Below, piece by piece: positions 63,031 through 64,000 of a stretch of DNA of 64,000 bases. Below the pieces are notes generated by a model. The model had not been told where the DNA came from. It was given only the letters and a program-made list of their open reading frames with translations, and did no database searches. How positions within the stretch are numbered: the stretch's first letter is position 1; every line of letters starts with the position of its first letter. Origin of the DNA: Deltaproteobacteria bacterium. GTDB lineage: Bacteria > Bdellovibrionota > FAC87 > UBA2466. Location of the stretch: the NCBI GenBank assembly GCA_900299195.1, contig OMIX01000098.1, positions 92,342 through 156,341 on the forward strand, read 5' to 3'. The translations under genes and the position numbers were made by a program.

Positions 63031-64000
63031 GTGAATACAGCGTTTGTTACTCTATTAGGTGGGACAGCTTTGATGATTTATTCTATCGAAGAACTTTCCC
63101 GAAGCGTTCAATATTTGGCGGGATCTAAATTTCGCTCTTGGATTAATCTGTTCGCTGCTAATCGGTTGAGCGCGATCCTTTTGGGTTTAGTGCTTTCTAT
63201 TCTGTTAAGCAGTAGCGGTGCCGTAACAGTCATGCTCGTTGGATTAGCTAATGCCAGATTGTTGACTCTTGAACAGGTTTTCGCGGTCACTTTGGGAGCC
63301 TCTATTGGCACTACGCTGATAGTTCATCTATTTGCTTTTAATGTTTCGCAATATGGATTGGTCATTATGGCTGGGGGAGTCGCATTAGAAGCAATCTCTC
63401 GTTCCGATAAGCTGATTCGAATGGCTCGCGGACTTCTTTTCCTGGGAATGATGTTCTATTCGATGTCTCTTATCGTAATGGCTGGGAAGGAGATGGAGAA
63501 CAATGAGCTTTTTAACTATATCATTGAATACTTCAAGGATCGGCCTGTCGTTTCTTTATTAATTGCCACGGTTTTTACAGCTTTAGTTCATAGTAGTGCT
63601 GCAACCATAGCCTTCATGATGTCTTTGATGCTTGCGCGACATGCGGATGTTTATCAGGCGATTCCCTGGGTCTTGGGAGCTAATTTGGGAACTACAACCA
63701 CCGCCTTTTTTGCAAGTCTTAAAACCGGGAGCTTGGGCAAACAAGCGGCTCTAGGAAATTTGTTTTGTAAGCTTTTTGGTGTCATCCTATGTCTTTTATT
63801 TCTCCAACCCTTGGGTAAGTTGGCCATCCAAATCGGCGGTGATGTAAGTCGCCAAATCGCCACTATTCACACGTTGTTCAACGTGTTTCTGGCAGTTCTC
63901 TTTTTCCCTTTTATTTCTTGGGGTGTTTCTTTTGTTAAAAGGTTTGTTTCAGATAAAGATGAGAAAGGAGAGTTTTCTTTTCAATATCTCGATCCCCGAA
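63031..64000 (+). CDS. Na+/phosphate cotransporter family protein (NptA-like), 3' end outside the window
   Basis: GTG at 63031 sits 6 nt after a GGAG RBS. Frame 1 is open to the window end and encodes a polytopic protein with the Na/Pi-cotransporter repeat (SSGAVTVMLVGLANA..., HTLFN). Confidence 0.6.
   Translation, partial: MNTAFVTLLGGTALMIYSIEELSRSVQYLAGSKFRSWINLFAANRLSAILLGLVLSILLSSSGAVTVMLVGLANARLLTLEQVFAVTLGASIGTTLIVHLFAFNVSQYGLVIMAGGVALEAISRSDKLIRMARGLLFLGMMFYSMSLIVMAGKEMENNELFNYIIEYFKDRPVVSLLIATVFTALVHSSAATIAFMMSLMLARHADVYQAIPWVLGANLGTTTTAFFASLKTGSLGKQAALGNLFCKLFGVILCLLFLQPLGKLAIQIGGDVSRQIATIHTLFNVFLAVLFFPFISWGVSFVKRFVSDKDEKGEFSFQYLDPR

Overview
This window looks like the chromosomal replication-origin region of a moderately AT-rich bacterium. 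Gene content, gene order and the position of oriC between dnaA and dnaN fit a Bdellovibrio-like predatory bacterium (inference). Left of the origin, about 23 kb of genes all run on the minus strand: rpmH, rnpA, yidD, yidC, mnmE, mnmG, rsmG, parA, parB, a bactofilin, atpF'FHAGDC, queE, lipA, a 2-oxo-acid dehydrogenase complex (E1 alpha, E1 beta, E2, E3), lipB, a MetE-like protein and a ferredoxin. Right of the origin, genes run on the plus strand: dnaA, oriC, dnaN, gyrB, gyrA, a TPR lipoprotein and atpI-B-E. The 5' end of the window carries murG, murC and murB, then a patatin-like phospholipase, a lytic transglycosylase, a large envelope protein and a sugar kinase plus nucleotidyltransferase pair. 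The 3' end carries uvrA, a phosphomannomutase, three parvulin PPIases, a SCO1-like protein, a glycosyltransferase, a ferredoxin, an outer membrane protein, a histidine kinase with a sigma-54 regulator, ftsY and a partial Na/Pi cotransporter. Features read directly from the sequence include a DnaA-box cluster with an AT-rich unwinding element, three palindromic parS sites of a non-canonical variant, an in-frame TAA stop that splits mnmE, a T9 homopolymer that frameshifts the start of a lipoprotein gene, a split ATP synthase operon, and a cluster built around a diiron protein, a ferredoxin and glycerate kinase. No tRNA, rRNA, CRISPR array or obvious mobile element was seen.
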